Below, piece after piece: positions 9,628 to 19,634 of a stretch of 32,000 bases of DNA. The stretch covers positions 39,013-71,012 of the forward strand of contig CAZXEQ010000006.1 of NCBI GenBank assembly GCA_964640155.1. Reading direction: 5' to 3'. A program made the translations under genes and the position numbers. The stretch comes from an uncultured bacterium. Lineage in GTDB: Bacteria > Auribacterota > JACPWU01. Positions within the stretch are counted from its first letter, which is position 1; each line of letters starts with the position of its first letter. The notes beneath the pieces were generated by a model that was not told the DNA's origin, made no database searches, and was given only the letters and a program-made list of their open reading frames with translations.

Positions 9628-10974
9628 ATGAAAACATTTTTCTTGAGTGGAATTGGAGGAACTGGAATGAGTAGCCTTGCTTTTTTTCTAAAAGCACAAG
9701 GCTATGATGTAAGAGGATCAGATCGTTCCTTTGATCAAAATGGCCTCAATACCATTTATAAAGAACTCAACTCTTACGAAATCAAAATATTCCCTCAAGA
9801 TGGGTCTGGGCTTAACTCCTCTATTGAAAGCTTTGTTTACTCAAGTGCTATTGAAAAAGATAATCCTGATTTAATAGCTGCTCAAAAACTTCATATTCCA
9901 CCATTTTCTAGAGCACAAATACTTGGTTCTCTTTTTAATGAAAAAGAGGGCATCGCCGTTTGTGGAACCAGTGGGAAAAGCACCGTCGTTGGAATGATCT
10001 CTCATATTTTGAAACAATCAGAAAAAGATTTTTCAATGCTTTGTGGAGCAAAAATCAAAGATTTTCCTCGAAGAGATATTTCAAGCAATTTTCAAGCGAG
10101 CAAAACGCCTCTTATGCTTATTGAGGCAGATGAAAGTGATGGAAGTTTAGTTCTCTACAAACCTAAATATTCTATTATTACCAATATTTCGAAAGATCAT
10201 AAAACTTTAGATGAACTTCATCAAATCTTTCAACATTTGATTAATTCAACTCAAATAACACTTATCTTAAATAAAACTTGTCCTGAACTCTCTAAACTTC
10301 AAATACACACAAAAAATGTCCTGTATTTTGACCCTTCAGAAGCAAAAGGTATTCATCATCATTCGAATGGCTCATCTTTTAAATTCCAAGACTTATCTTT
10401 TAAATTAAATGTTCCAGGAAAACATAATATTGAAAATGCATTGGCTGCAATCACCTTATGCAAACATCTTGAAATAAAAAAAGAAGATATTCAAAAAGGA
10501 TTAGAAGAGTTTGTTGGAGTTGTTCGACGGCTAGATCTGATTGGAAAAACCTCTAAAATCAATGTCTATGATGATTATTCTCATAATCCCGCTAAGATTG
10601 AGGCAGCTATTTTAAGTCTGAAACCCTTTTGTAAAAGACTCATCACCATTTATCAGCCTCATGGCTTTGGTCCTCTTAAACAACAATGGGATGAGCTTAT
10701 TAAAGTTTTATCAGAAGTCCTTGATTCCAATGACTTATTTTATCTTCTCCCCATCTATGATGCAGGCGGAACAACTGATCGCAACATCTCCTCTAACGAT
10801 TTTGCAAATGCTCTCATTAAAAAAGATGTCCAAGCAAAAACCTTTGATATGAGAGAAGAATTAGTGGGAAAATTAAAAAAAGAAGCCCAATCGGGGGATT
10901 CCATTCTTGTGATGGGTGCTAGGGATTATACGTTAACGGACTTAGCAAAAGAAATTTTTAAAAGCATTTCATGA
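9628..10974 (+). CDS. murC: MurC-family Mur ligase (UDP-N-acetylmuramate--L-alanine ligase-like)
   Basis: Motifs GIGGTGMSSLA, CGTSGKST, EADESDGS, PGKHNIENA, DDYSHNP and YQPHGF. The tracked ORF begins at TTG 9526 inside element R3. I prefer ATG 9628 (MKTFFLSGIGG...), and ATG 9541 is also possible. Confidence 0.8.
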   Translation: MKTFFLSGIGGTGMSSLAFFLKAQGYDVRGSDRSFDQNGLNTIYKELNSYEIKIFPQDGSGLNSSIESFVYSSAIEKDNPDLIAAQKLHIPPFSRAQILGSLFNEKEGIAVCGTSGKSTVVGMISHILKQSEKDFSMLCGAKIKDFPRRDISSNFQASKTPLMLIEADESDGSLVLYKPKYSIITNISKDHKTLDELHQIFQHLINSTQITLILNKTCPELSKLQIHTKNVLYFDPSEAKGIHHHSNGSSFKFQDLSFKLNVPGKHNIENALAAITLCKHLEIKKEDIQKGLEEFVGVVRRLDLIGKTSKINVYDDYSHNPAKIEAAILSLKPFCKRLITIYQPHGFGPLKQQWDELIKVLSEVLDSNDLFYLLPIYDAGGTTDRNISSNDFANALIKKDVQAKTFDMREELVGKLKKEAQSGDSILVMGARDYTLTDLAKEIFKSIS

Positions 10975-11517
10975 CACGTGACTTGCCACTGAGGACTCTA
11001 AATTCTTTTTTCTGCTTCCAGGATTAAGCAATTCCCTAATATCTAAAAGCATGTCCTCTCGACTATAAGCAGCAATATCCATGATTTGCGTATCCATTCG
11101 AATTGCATCTTCAGGACAGACTTCCACGCAAAATCCACAATAAACACATTTACCAAGATCAATGTCGAATTTCTTAGCAACCTTCTCGATATTAGGATCT
11201 GGATGTTCTTCAGCAATGATATAAATACATTTGGCAGGACATACGGTCTCACACATCATACAAGCCACACAACGAGGGCTACCATCTTCTCTTTGGGTCA
11301 ATCGATGCCTTGTTCTTAAACGAGGAGCATAGGCACGATGTTCTTCAGGATATTGAATTGTTACTGCAGCCGATTTATTTTTAAAAAGTCCAAAAAGATG
11401 TAAGGTGTGAAAAAAAAGATTTCGAAAAAAATGCCCAGAAGTAAGAAAAATGCCCTTTAGGGCTTCGATAAAATAAAGTTTTTCTATAAAAGTTAATTCT
11501 TTGCGTTCTATTTTCAT
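10969..11517 (-). CDS. nuoI: NADH-quinone oxidoreductase subunit I
   Basis: Two 4Fe-4S motifs (CVACMMCETVCP, CVYCGFCVEVCP). Last gene of the nuo block. Its 3' end overlaps the convergent Mur ligase gene by 6 nt. Confidence 0.93.
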   Translation of the reverse strand: MKIERKELTFIEKLYFIEALKGIFLTSGHFFRNLFFHTLHLFGLFKNKSAAVTIQYPEEHRAYAPRLRTRHRLTQREDGSPRCVACMMCETVCPAKCIYIIAEEHPDPNIEKVAKKFDIDLGKCVYCGFCVEVCPEDAIRMDTQIMDIAAYSREDMLLDIRELLNPGSRKKNLESSVASHVS

Positions 11518-11538
11518 CTCAAATCCTAACTATATGGA

Positions 11539-12615
11539 TTAAGCAAATAAAAGAATAATTAAACCCGTAATTAAAATATTTGCCAATGAGAGGGGCAACA
11601 TCATTTTCCATCCCAATCTCATCAACTGATCATATCTAAAACGAGGTAAAGTCCAACGAACCATCATTAAAAACCAGCAAAAAAAGATAACTTTGAGACT
11701 AAAGGATAAAACTCCTAATGCCACCACGAGCAAGCGAGGTAAATCAATAACCGTCCCCCAAGGGAAATGAAATCCATCTATCCCCAAATAAGGAATTTGC
11801 CATCCCCCGAAAAAGAGCGTCGTTAAAAGAGCTGCTGCCAAAACTGTTTCTAGAAAATCTGTTAAAAAGAACATACCAAACTTCATTCCACTATACTCCA
11901 CAAAATAACCAATAATTTCTGATTCCCCTTCTGGTAAATCAAAAGGAGCACGTTTGGTTTCTGCCATTGCCGCTGTCATAAAAAGAAGAAAAGCAAGAGG
12001 TTGAACAAAAATCCCCCATTTAGGAAGCCATCCCCACCAGTATGCACCCTGAGCATGAACAATATCTTGCAAATTGAGAGAACCATAAATCATCACAACG
12101 CCAATAATGGAAACACCCATGGTAATCTCATAAGAAATCATCTGGGAAGAAGCTCTTAAGCCCCCCAAAAAAGAATAATTATTATTGGATGAGAATCCTG
12201 CGAGAACCACTCCATACACTCCCATGGACATCGCCGCAAAAATATAAAGAAGACCAATGTTCATGTTAGCCACTTGAAGATTAATGATATGCCCACCCAA
12301 AACAAATTGATCTCCAATAGGAATAGCAGCAAAAGCAACTAAAGCAAAAAAAACAGAGATACAGGGAGCTAAACTATGAAGAATTTTGTGAGCATAATAA
12401 GGGATAAAATCTTCTTTGAGAATAAGCTTAATCATATCTGCAAGAGGATGAAAAAGACCTAAAAAACGAAATCCAAAAACACTCGCTCGATTGGCACCAA
12501 TACGATCTTGCATCACAGCACTTTGTTTTCGTTCAACCCAGGTTAACAAGCCCGCTAAATTTAAGGCGCCACCTAGGACAACAACAGTTAATATAGCCTT
12601 GATTAAAATATCCAT
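11539..12615 (-). CDS. nuoH: NADH-quinone oxidoreductase subunit H
   Basis: 358-aa polytopic membrane protein with the NuoH/ND1 motifs RAPFDLPEGESE and RFRYDQLM. Confidence 0.93.
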   Translation of the reverse strand: MDILIKAILTVVVLGGALNLAGLLTWVERKQSAVMQDRIGANRASVFGFRFLGLFHPLADMIKLILKEDFIPYYAHKILHSLAPCISVFFALVAFAAIPIGDQFVLGGHIINLQVANMNIGLLYIFAAMSMGVYGVVLAGFSSNNNYSFLGGLRASSQMISYEITMGVSIIGVVMIYGSLNLQDIVHAQGAYWWGWLPKWGIFVQPLAFLLFMTAAMAETKRAPFDLPEGESEIIGYFVEYSGMKFGMFFLTDFLETVLAAALLTTLFFGGWQIPYLGIDGFHFPWGTVIDLPRLLVVALGVLSFSLKVIFFCWFLMMVRWTLPRFRYDQLMRLGWKMMLPLSLANILITGLIILLFA

Positions 12616-12662
12616 TTAAAAATACTTCCAAATGCATGATTTCGAGTTTCTAGTTTAGAACT

Positions 12663-14267
12663 TTATACTTTTTGTGCTACAGCCCCAGCTTCTATTTTTT
12701 GAGAATTTAAAATCATTCCTTCTCGTCCAAGCTTTGCATAGCTCATCCCTTGAAAAGCTTCCACAGAATGACTGATTTCATCAAAAATACCTTGAGGTGT
12801 ATTGGGATGAAGTTTTAAACCTAACTTTTCTCCTAATCCCTTCAAAATATCCCATTCAGATTTAGACTGACTCAAAGGTGAAAAAGCTTTAAAAATTCTC
12901 TGAACTCTTCCCTGAAAGTTTGTAAATGTTCCGTCTTTCTCCGCATAAACAGCTGCAGGTAAAACCCAATGAGCCAATAAACTGGTTTCATTTTCGTTGG
13001 AGCCAATCCAAATAAGATTTTCAAGATAACTGATCACTTTTTCAGCCGTTTCTTTGCCGAGAAGTTCAAACAGATCATGTCCAAAAAGAAAAAGCGTTTT
13101 AATCTCACCTTTCAGGACTCCAGAGAAAATACTCTCAGCTTGGTTTTTGAAGCCAATGGTTTCAGCACCTTTGGTATTAGGACTTTTATCTGCTTTAATT
13201 AAAAATTTATCTTGAAACCCAAGCTTTTTAAGACCTAAATAACTTATTTTTTGAATATCCAGATGTTTTGAAAACACCTCTCTGGCCATCCAGAAATCTT
13301 CATTTGTAAGATGTGTTGAAAGAATAACCCCAACAGATTCCGGATTTGAAAAAAGCTTCGTAATATTTTCAAAAGCATTTTCCCAAGAAGACTCCTGTAA
13401 AACACCCTCTTCTCTCTTCATCAATTTCGAAATTCTTTTTTCATCAATAGCAGGGTAAGCGTAACGACCTTCATCGCATATCCACCATTTATTCACATCC
13501 GCATTAAATCTTGGTTTTAATCGTATCACCCGCTGACCCGGTGTTTGATAGGGTCTCTCTTTATTCCAATGGATATCAATATTACAACCCATGCTACATC
13601 CTGGACAAACTGAAGGAGTAGAAGCTAAAAACCAAACTCTGCATTTAAAACGAAAATCACGATCTGTCAAAGCTCCGACAGGACAAATATCCACCACATT
13701 TCCAGAATAAGGATTGTTTAATTCTTTTTGTGCTACCACCTCAGAATGATCTCCCCGATTGACAATCCCTAGTTCATGCGTTTGAGTAACTTCATCACAA
13801 AAACGCACGCATCGAGAACATAAAATACAGCGCTCTGCATCCAACATCACAGTAGGACCTACAGCAACAGCTTTCTTTTTCTTCACTTTGTTTTCTGTGA
13901 ACCTACTGTCATAAAGCCCATATTTCATATAATAATTTTGAAGTTCACATTCCCCCGATTGATCACAAACAGGACAATCTAAAGGATGATTAATCAAAAG
14001 AAATTCTAAAATATCCTGTCTCGCACTTTTCACACGCTCATTGGTGGTATGAACAACCATTCCCTCTGTCACAGGTGTGTAGCATGCAATTTGAAGCTTA
14101 GGAGCTTTTTCTACTTCAACCAAACACATGCGACAATTACCAGAAACAGAAAGACCAGGATGATAACAATAATGAGGAATAAATGTTCCGGCTTGCTTAG
14201 CAGCCTCAATAATACTGGTTCCCTGAGGAACTGTTATTTCTTTATCATCTACTTTTAATGTAGGCAT
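12663..14267 (-). CDS. nuoG: NADH-quinone oxidoreductase subunit G (short form)
   Basis: N-terminal 2Fe-2S motif (CYHPGLSVSGNCRMCLVEV), then HPLDCPVCDQSGEC and CILCSRCVRFC. 534 aa. Confidence 0.9.
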   Translation of the reverse strand: MPTLKVDDKEITVPQGTSIIEAAKQAGTFIPHYCYHPGLSVSGNCRMCLVEVEKAPKLQIACYTPVTEGMVVHTTNERVKSARQDILEFLLINHPLDCPVCDQSGECELQNYYMKYGLYDSRFTENKVKKKKAVAVGPTVMLDAERCILCSRCVRFCDEVTQTHELGIVNRGDHSEVVAQKELNNPYSGNVVDICPVGALTDRDFRFKCRVWFLASTPSVCPGCSMGCNIDIHWNKERPYQTPGQRVIRLKPRFNADVNKWWICDEGRYAYPAIDEKRISKLMKREEGVLQESSWENAFENITKLFSNPESVGVILSTHLTNEDFWMAREVFSKHLDIQKISYLGLKKLGFQDKFLIKADKSPNTKGAETIGFKNQAESIFSGVLKGEIKTLFLFGHDLFELLGKETAEKVISYLENLIWIGSNENETSLLAHWVLPAAVYAEKDGTFTNFQGRVQRIFKAFSPLSQSKSEWDILKGLGEKLGLKLHPNTPQGIFDEISHSVEAFQGMSYAKLGREGMILNSQKIEAGAVAQKV

Positions 14268-14336
14268 TTAATCTTTCCGTCGAAGTACAAAGTTCTATTT
14301 TTAATATAGAAATATTTCTTAAAATAAAAACTATTT

Positions 14337-15623
14337 CTAAACAACTGCTGTTTCCAATAAGTCACACTGCTTATGTTCTATATGATACTCAAATTCATTT
14401 CTAAACTTCTGAATATAGCTAAGTACAGGAGCCGGAGCTGCATCACCAAAAGCACAAATGGTATTGCCAGCCATATTTTTTCCAATATCCAATAATGCAT
14501 CTAAATCTTTCGAACGCCCTTCCCCTTTATAAACTCTTTGAATAATTTTATAAATCCAACCCGTTCCTTCTCTGCAAGGGCTACACTGTCCACATGATTC
14601 ATGAGCAAAAAACCGACTCGCTACCCAAAGGGCTCTCACCATACAAGTCGAATCATCCATCACCATCACGCCTGCTGAACCCAACATGGAACCTGCTGTT
14701 GCAAGAGAATTAAAATCCATTTTAATATCAATTTCATTTACACTGAGAATCGATGCTGAAATACCTCCGGGAATTACCGCTTTTAAAGCTCTATCTTCTC
14801 GAATGCCTCCTGCGTGAGTATAAATCATCTCCCGTAAAGAGGTTCCCATGGGGAGCTCATAAAGTCCTGGTTTCTTAACATGTCCACTTAGCGAATAAAG
14901 TCTTGTCCCACCATTTTTATCAGAACCCAAGCTAGCAAACCATGCAGCACCTCGATTGATGATATGAGGAACACATGCCAAGGTTTCAACATTATTAATC
15001 ACCGTTGGACATCCAAACAATCCAATCACGGCAGGGAAAGGAGGTTTTAAACGAGGAAAACCTTTTTTCCCCTCGATGGACTCAAGCAAAGCTGTTTCCT
15101 CACCACAAATATATGCACCTGCACCCATATGAATCACAAAATCTAAAGCGTAATCTTTTCCAAACACATTTTTCCCCAAAAAACCTTTTGCATAAGCTTC
15201 TTCACAAGCCTGACGCAATCGAGCTGCCGGTTCTACATACTCCCCACGAATATAAACAAAAGCTTTATGCGCTCCTACCGCAAAACAAGCAATCATCATT
15301 CCTTCAATCAAAGCATGAGGATCTTTGGTTAAAATATAGCGATCTTTAAAAGTCCCGGGTTCTCCCTCATCTGCGTTAACGACAAGATAATGAGGCTTTG
15401 AAACATCCTTAGGAATAAACGACCATTTCATTCCGGCAGGAAAACCTGCTCCCCCTAATCCTCTGAGATTAGATTTTTTTACTTCATCAATCACTTGATC
15501 TGGTGACCAAGATGAAAAAACTTTTTGAGCAGCTTCATATCCCCCTTTGGACATATAGCTATCGATGCGATGAGCATCGGATGAATTAAAATGTCTGCTT
15601 AAAATCTTTTCAGTTTCCATCAT
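14337..15623 (-). CDS. nuoF: NADH-quinone oxidoreductase subunit F
   Basis: Motifs GLGGAGFPAG, NADEGEPGTFKDR and ESCGQCSPCREG. Confidence 0.95.
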   Translation of the reverse strand: MMETEKILSRHFNSSDAHRIDSYMSKGGYEAAQKVFSSWSPDQVIDEVKKSNLRGLGGAGFPAGMKWSFIPKDVSKPHYLVVNADEGEPGTFKDRYILTKDPHALIEGMMIACFAVGAHKAFVYIRGEYVEPAARLRQACEEAYAKGFLGKNVFGKDYALDFVIHMGAGAYICGEETALLESIEGKKGFPRLKPPFPAVIGLFGCPTVINNVETLACVPHIINRGAAWFASLGSDKNGGTRLYSLSGHVKKPGLYELPMGTSLREMIYTHAGGIREDRALKAVIPGGISASILSVNEIDIKMDFNSLATAGSMLGSAGVMVMDDSTCMVRALWVASRFFAHESCGQCSPCREGTGWIYKIIQRVYKGEGRSKDLDALLDIGKNMAGNTICAFGDAAPAPVLSYIQKFRNEFEYHIEHKQCDLLETAVV

Positions 15624-16111
15624 TTTATTTTTTTAAAAACCTGTTCCAATGAATCTTCATTTAAACATCCAATATAGTCGTTATTCAATCTCATCATCGG
15701 AGCCATTTCACAAGCGCCTAAACATTCCACAGTTGCAAGACTGAAACGCCCATCTTTCGATGTTTCACCTACTTCAATGCCTAAAATTTCCTTTAATCGA
15801 TGAACAATTTTTTCACAACCCATCAAATCGCAACTCATATTGTGGCATACTTGAAAATCATATTTCCCACGTTTTTCTGCATGATAAAGCGTATAAAAAC
15901 TAACCACTTCACGCACCTTCACTAAAGGAAGATCAAGAATATGAGCAACTGTTTCTTCAATCTCTGGAGAAATAAGCCCGTATTTTTCTTGAGCTAAGTT
16001 TAATAGAGGCAACAATGCCGCCCGCTTGGTTTCATAGAGAGAAAGAATTTTTGAGATCTCTTCCATCTCTTGCTCAGAGAAATTAAATTTTAATTCCAAT
16101 TTTGTTTCCAT
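15620..16111 (-). CDS. nuoE: NADH-quinone oxidoreductase subunit E
   Basis: Thioredoxin-like 2Fe-2S subunit (QVCHNMSC, ECLGACEMAP). 4-nt overlap with nuoF. Confidence 0.92.
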   Translation of the reverse strand: METKLELKFNFSEQEMEEISKILSLYETKRAALLPLLNLAQEKYGLISPEIEETVAHILDLPLVKVREVVSFYTLYHAEKRGKYDFQVCHNMSCDLMGCEKIVHRLKEILGIEVGETSKDGRFSLATVECLGACEMAPMMRLNNDYIGCLNEDSLEQVFKKIK

Positions 16112-16116
16112 TGTTC

Positions 16117-17457
16117 TTATCTATCCAACTCCCCAGCAATCATATTGACGGATCCAAATGTTGGAACAACATCTGCCATCATATCTCCCACAATCATTTT
16201 TGGTAAAGCCGCCATAATAGGTAAACAAGGAGGATGCACTCTCACACGATAAGGTTTTTCTGTTCCATCACTCACAATATAAAAACCCAGTTCTCCATTG
16301 GCTCCTTCCACAGGAAAATAAACCTCTCCTTTAGGAGGACGAATGCCATGACCAAACATCACCAATTTAAAATGATTCATGAGGCCTTCAATATTTCCAT
16401 ACGTATTTTCTTTAGCAGGAAGAACCGCTCTCTTATCTTCGACATTAACCTTCTCATGATGTCCTTGAGTACTCCCCTCTAAGGTTGGATCTAACTGAAC
16501 TGGGCGCAAAGCAATTTTTTGAATCTCCCCCATTTTAGCCCGATCCACCATTTCATCTGCCCTTACAGGTTCTCCCATTTCATTGACCAAAATAGCGCCA
16601 GGTGGAATCTGTTCTAAAGCCTGTTCAATGATTCTCATACTTTGTTTCATTTCTTCCATACGCACATAATAACGATCTAAATTATCTCCCTTGGATCCTA
16701 AAGGAACCTCAAAATTCATGCGATCATAAACCAAATACGGTTGAGCCTTTCGAACATCATAATTAACTCCCGTTGATCTTAAAAAAGGCCCCGTAATACC
16801 ATAGGCAATCGCATCTTCTTGAGAAATAACACCAATATCTTTCATACGATCTACAAAAATTCGATTCCGCGAAAGAAGCTTATCTACTTCTTTTATAACT
16901 TTTCTGACTTCTATTAAGGCTTTGGATACTTTTTCCGAGAAATTATCAGGAAGATCTGCCTTGACCCCTCCTACTCTTCCATAAGAAACCGTTAATCTTG
17001 CTCCTGTGACTTGTTCGACTAACTCATATAAAAATTCTCGAGCCTTCACCATATATAAGAAAACAGTAAACGCTCCCAACTCCATGGCCGAAGCACCAAT
17101 ACAGGTGAGATGATCAGTCACTCTTGAAATCTCACTCATAATGACACGGATGTATTGGCAACGCTCCGTGGCCTGAATCCCCATTAATTTTTCAACAGCC
17201 AGACAATAGGCAAAATTATTGATTAAAGGAGAAACATAATTCAAACGATCTGTATAAGGAATTGCTTGATTATAAGGCCCCTGTTCACACATTTTTTCAA
17301 AACCACGATGGAGATAACCCATCTCAACATCTGCATTCAGAAGTGTTTCTCCATCTAATTCCAGAACCAAACGAATCACGCCATGCATGGCCGGATGAGA
17401 AGGCCCCACATTTAAAAGCATGTGACGTGTTTCTGTCATTTTTTCTGTAGTTGTCAT
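16117..17457 (-). CDS. nuoD: NADH-quinone oxidoreductase subunit D
   Basis: Motifs NVGPSHPAMHGV and YTDRLNYVSP, plus the typical C-terminal end SVNMIAGELDR. Confidence 0.95.
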   Translation of the reverse strand: MTTTEKMTETRHMLLNVGPSHPAMHGVIRLVLELDGETLLNADVEMGYLHRGFEKMCEQGPYNQAIPYTDRLNYVSPLINNFAYCLAVEKLMGIQATERCQYIRVIMSEISRVTDHLTCIGASAMELGAFTVFLYMVKAREFLYELVEQVTGARLTVSYGRVGGVKADLPDNFSEKVSKALIEVRKVIKEVDKLLSRNRIFVDRMKDIGVISQEDAIAYGITGPFLRSTGVNYDVRKAQPYLVYDRMNFEVPLGSKGDNLDRYYVRMEEMKQSMRIIEQALEQIPPGAILVNEMGEPVRADEMVDRAKMGEIQKIALRPVQLDPTLEGSTQGHHEKVNVEDKRAVLPAKENTYGNIEGLMNHFKLVMFGHGIRPPKGEVYFPVEGANGELGFYIVSDGTEKPYRVRVHPPCLPIMAALPKMIVGDMMADVVPTFGSVNMIAGELDR

Positions 17458-17470
17458 ATTTTCTCTAAAA

Positions 17471-17950
17471 TTAATTCACAGGGCCGATGAGAGGTTGTCG
17501 TTTGTTGACGGGATAATCTTTACGCAAAGGATGCCCTTGAAACTCTTCATACATCAAAAGTCTTTTCAAATTTGGATGACTCTTAAAACGAATACCAAAC
17601 ATATCCCAAACTTCGCGTTCATACCAATTTGCCGCAGGCCAAAGATTCACAGCAGAATTGATTTCCAAATCTTCTTCTGGAATCAAAGCCTTCACACGAA
17701 TTCTTCGATTAAACTTAAGTGAATACAAATGATAAACCACCTCAAACCTTGCAAGATCTTGTCTTCCTAAATAATCCACTGCCGTCAAATCCATCAAAAA
17801 GTTAAAATCTAAATCAGGATTGTCTTTCAAAAAGGCAAGAACAAGCAAAACCCCTTCTTTTTTAAGAAGAATGGTATCGTCGCCACATTGAGAATGGGTA
17901 GAGACGATATCAGAAGAAAATCTTTCTTTGATTAAACTCAAAATATCCAC
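17471..17950 (-). CDS. nuoC: NADH-quinone oxidoreductase subunit C
   Basis: 159 aa with the motif WYEREVWDMFGI.F..HP. Confidence 0.92.
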   Translation of the reverse strand: MDILSLIKERFSSDIVSTHSQCGDDTILLKKEGVLLVLAFLKDNPDLDFNFLMDLTAVDYLGRQDLARFEVVYHLYSLKFNRRIRVKALIPEEDLEINSAVNLWPAANWYEREVWDMFGIRFKSHPNLKRLLMYEEFQGHPLRKDYPVNKRQPLIGPVN

Positions 17951-18015
17951 AAGGTCACTTTTTCTTCTAAGCTTTGATATAAGTCTTAAGTTTTTATTTT
18001 TTACTTATTGTTTTT

Positions 18016-18486
18016 TTAAACTTCCTGCTTTTGTTTCTGTATTTTATCCTGCAATTTCATTAATCCATCCAAAACATTTTCAGGCCGTGGAGGACACCCC
18101 GGTATATAAACATCCACAGGAATCAGCGTATCAATCCCCATCACCGTCGCATAATTATCGTAAAATCCGCCCGTACACGTACATACCCCAAAAGCCACAA
18201 CCCATTTGGGATCACACATCTGATCATAAATTTTTTTCAAAACAGGAGCCATTTTCTGACTTATGGTTCCCACTACAAAAAGGACATCGGACTGCCGAGG
18301 AGAAAACCTTGGAAGCCCTGCCCCAAATCGATCCACATCATAATGAGAACAAGCAGTAGACATATATTCCATGCCGCAGCAAGCCGTCACAAAAGGATAT
18401 TGAAAAATGGAATACTTTCTCGACCATCCAATGGCTTCTTGAAGTTTCGACGTAAAAAAACCTGATACAGAATCTAAAAAACCCAT
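18016..18486 (-). CDS. nuoB: NADH-quinone oxidoreductase subunit B
   Basis: Motifs CCGMEYM, VVAFGVCTCTGG and PGCPPRPE. Confidence 0.95.
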   Translation of the reverse strand: MGFLDSVSGFFTSKLQEAIGWSRKYSIFQYPFVTACCGMEYMSTACSHYDVDRFGAGLPRFSPRQSDVLFVVGTISQKMAPVLKKIYDQMCDPKWVVAFGVCTCTGGFYDNYATVMGIDTLIPVDVYIPGCPPRPENVLDGLMKLQDKIQKQKQEV

Positions 18487-18518
18487 TTTAATTCCCTTCT
18501 ATCGATTTCTAATTTTGA

Positions 18519-18667
18519 AACCTCTCAAAAAGGTCCCAGACATGTTTTTATAGTCCCCTTTAGGGGATGCAAGGCGCACGCAAGCGACTGCGGAGGCGTA
18601 CGTTTCCTGGTACGCCGCACAAAGAAGCGAAGCGGGCAACACAGCAGATGGGCCTTTTTCAGAGGTT
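18519..18667. repeat. GC-rich palindromic element R1, copy 2 (149 bp), inside the nuoA-nuoB intergenic region
   Basis: Same terminal inverted repeats as 961-1082. Colinear with copy 1 except for a 29-nt segment (18539-18567, replacing GG in copy 1) that carries the hairpin TCCCC-TTTA-GGGGA. It ends 4 nt from the nuoA stop codon. Confidence 0.85.
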
Positions 18668-18671
18668 TCAT

Positions 18672-19028
18672 TTATTCCCACTCTAAAGCCCCCTTATGCC
18701 AAGCATAAAAAAGCCCCACCACAACAATACCCAAAAAAGCCACCATTTCTAAAAATCCAATTATACCTAACCCTTTGAAAACAACCGCCCAGGGAAACAA
18801 AAAAACTAACTCAACATCAAAAATAACAAAGAGCATAGCCACCAAGTAAAACTTAACGCCAAATCGCCCTCGAGGCAAAGTCACAGGCTCATAACCACAT
18901 TCAAAAGGTTGTCCCTTCACCTTCGTCGGATTCTTCGGCCCTAGAAGCATACTGGCAGCCAAAAGACCAAAAGCAATCAATCCTGAAAAAGCAAAAACAA
19001 TCAGTAAACTTGCATATTCTATATTCAT
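18672..19028 (-). CDS. nuoA: NADH-quinone oxidoreductase subunit A
   Basis: 118 aa, three TM segments, motifs PFECGY and FDVE..FLFPW. Confidence 0.93.
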   Translation of the reverse strand: MNIEYASLLIVFAFSGLIAFGLLAASMLLGPKNPTKVKGQPFECGYEPVTLPRGRFGVKFYLVAMLFVIFDVELVFLFPWAVVFKGLGIIGFLEMVAFLGIVVVGLFYAWHKGALEWE

Positions 19029-19089
19029 TCTACTCTCAAATCTCCAGTACTCACGAAAGCCCGTTAGAGCCGCGATGATATCCCATTTT

Positions 19090-19545
19090 TTAATGCTTGT
19101 CTATCATTTCCCTATTTGGAAGCCGACATTCTTCTATTTCCGAATAAATCAAAATTTTCTCCAATTTAGCCTCTTTCCACCATAATTTTCGAGCAACGGA
19201 AAAAACATATTTTGGAAGAAAGATCATCGCAAGAAAAGCGAGAAAAAGCCATCCCCCTTTTAAAATCCAAGAATGTACATAAACCACTATTAAACTTGTA
19301 AGTAAAGTCATTCCCAACAAGCACCAAAAAGCAACAATAACTGCTAAACGTTTAAAGGTAACGGTTCCAAATGCACGAAAACGAACATTACAAGACATGC
19401 AATGGGCATTGATCCCAAAATCATGAAACAAACTCTTCAAAGAATCCCAGCCTAAAAGGGTCTGAGTCATCAAAGTCATATGACAGTCAGGACATTCTCT
19501 TTCACAGGAGAAAAATTGATAAGGACCATGCCATTTTATTTTCAT
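19090..19545 (-). CDS. hypothetical membrane protein with N-terminal Cys-pair (zinc-ribbon-like) region
   Basis: 151 aa. Cys pairs CERECPDC and CMSC, then two hydrophobic helices. It lies 61 nt upstream of nuoA on the same strand. Confidence 0.6.
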   Translation of the reverse strand: MKIKWHGPYQFFSCERECPDCHMTLMTQTLLGWDSLKSLFHDFGINAHCMSCNVRFRAFGTVTFKRLAVIVAFWCLLGMTLLTSLIVVYVHSWILKGGWLFLAFLAMIFLPKYVFSVARKLWWKEAKLEKILIYSEIEECRLPNREMIDKH

Positions 19546-19634
19546 TGGGATTATCTCCGGACAGGCATGATATCATACTTTAGAAAATCAATTTTTCCTC
19601 TTTACTCTCTCCGGCAAAAATTCTACGCTAGCCT

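Noticed and set aside
11043-18359. Numerous 60-140-aa ORFs antisense to or out of frame with nuo genes (for example 14049-14258, 15005-15349, 16234-16482 and 17928-18359)
   Set aside because: These are shadow frames inside confidently identified, motif-bearing nuo genes.
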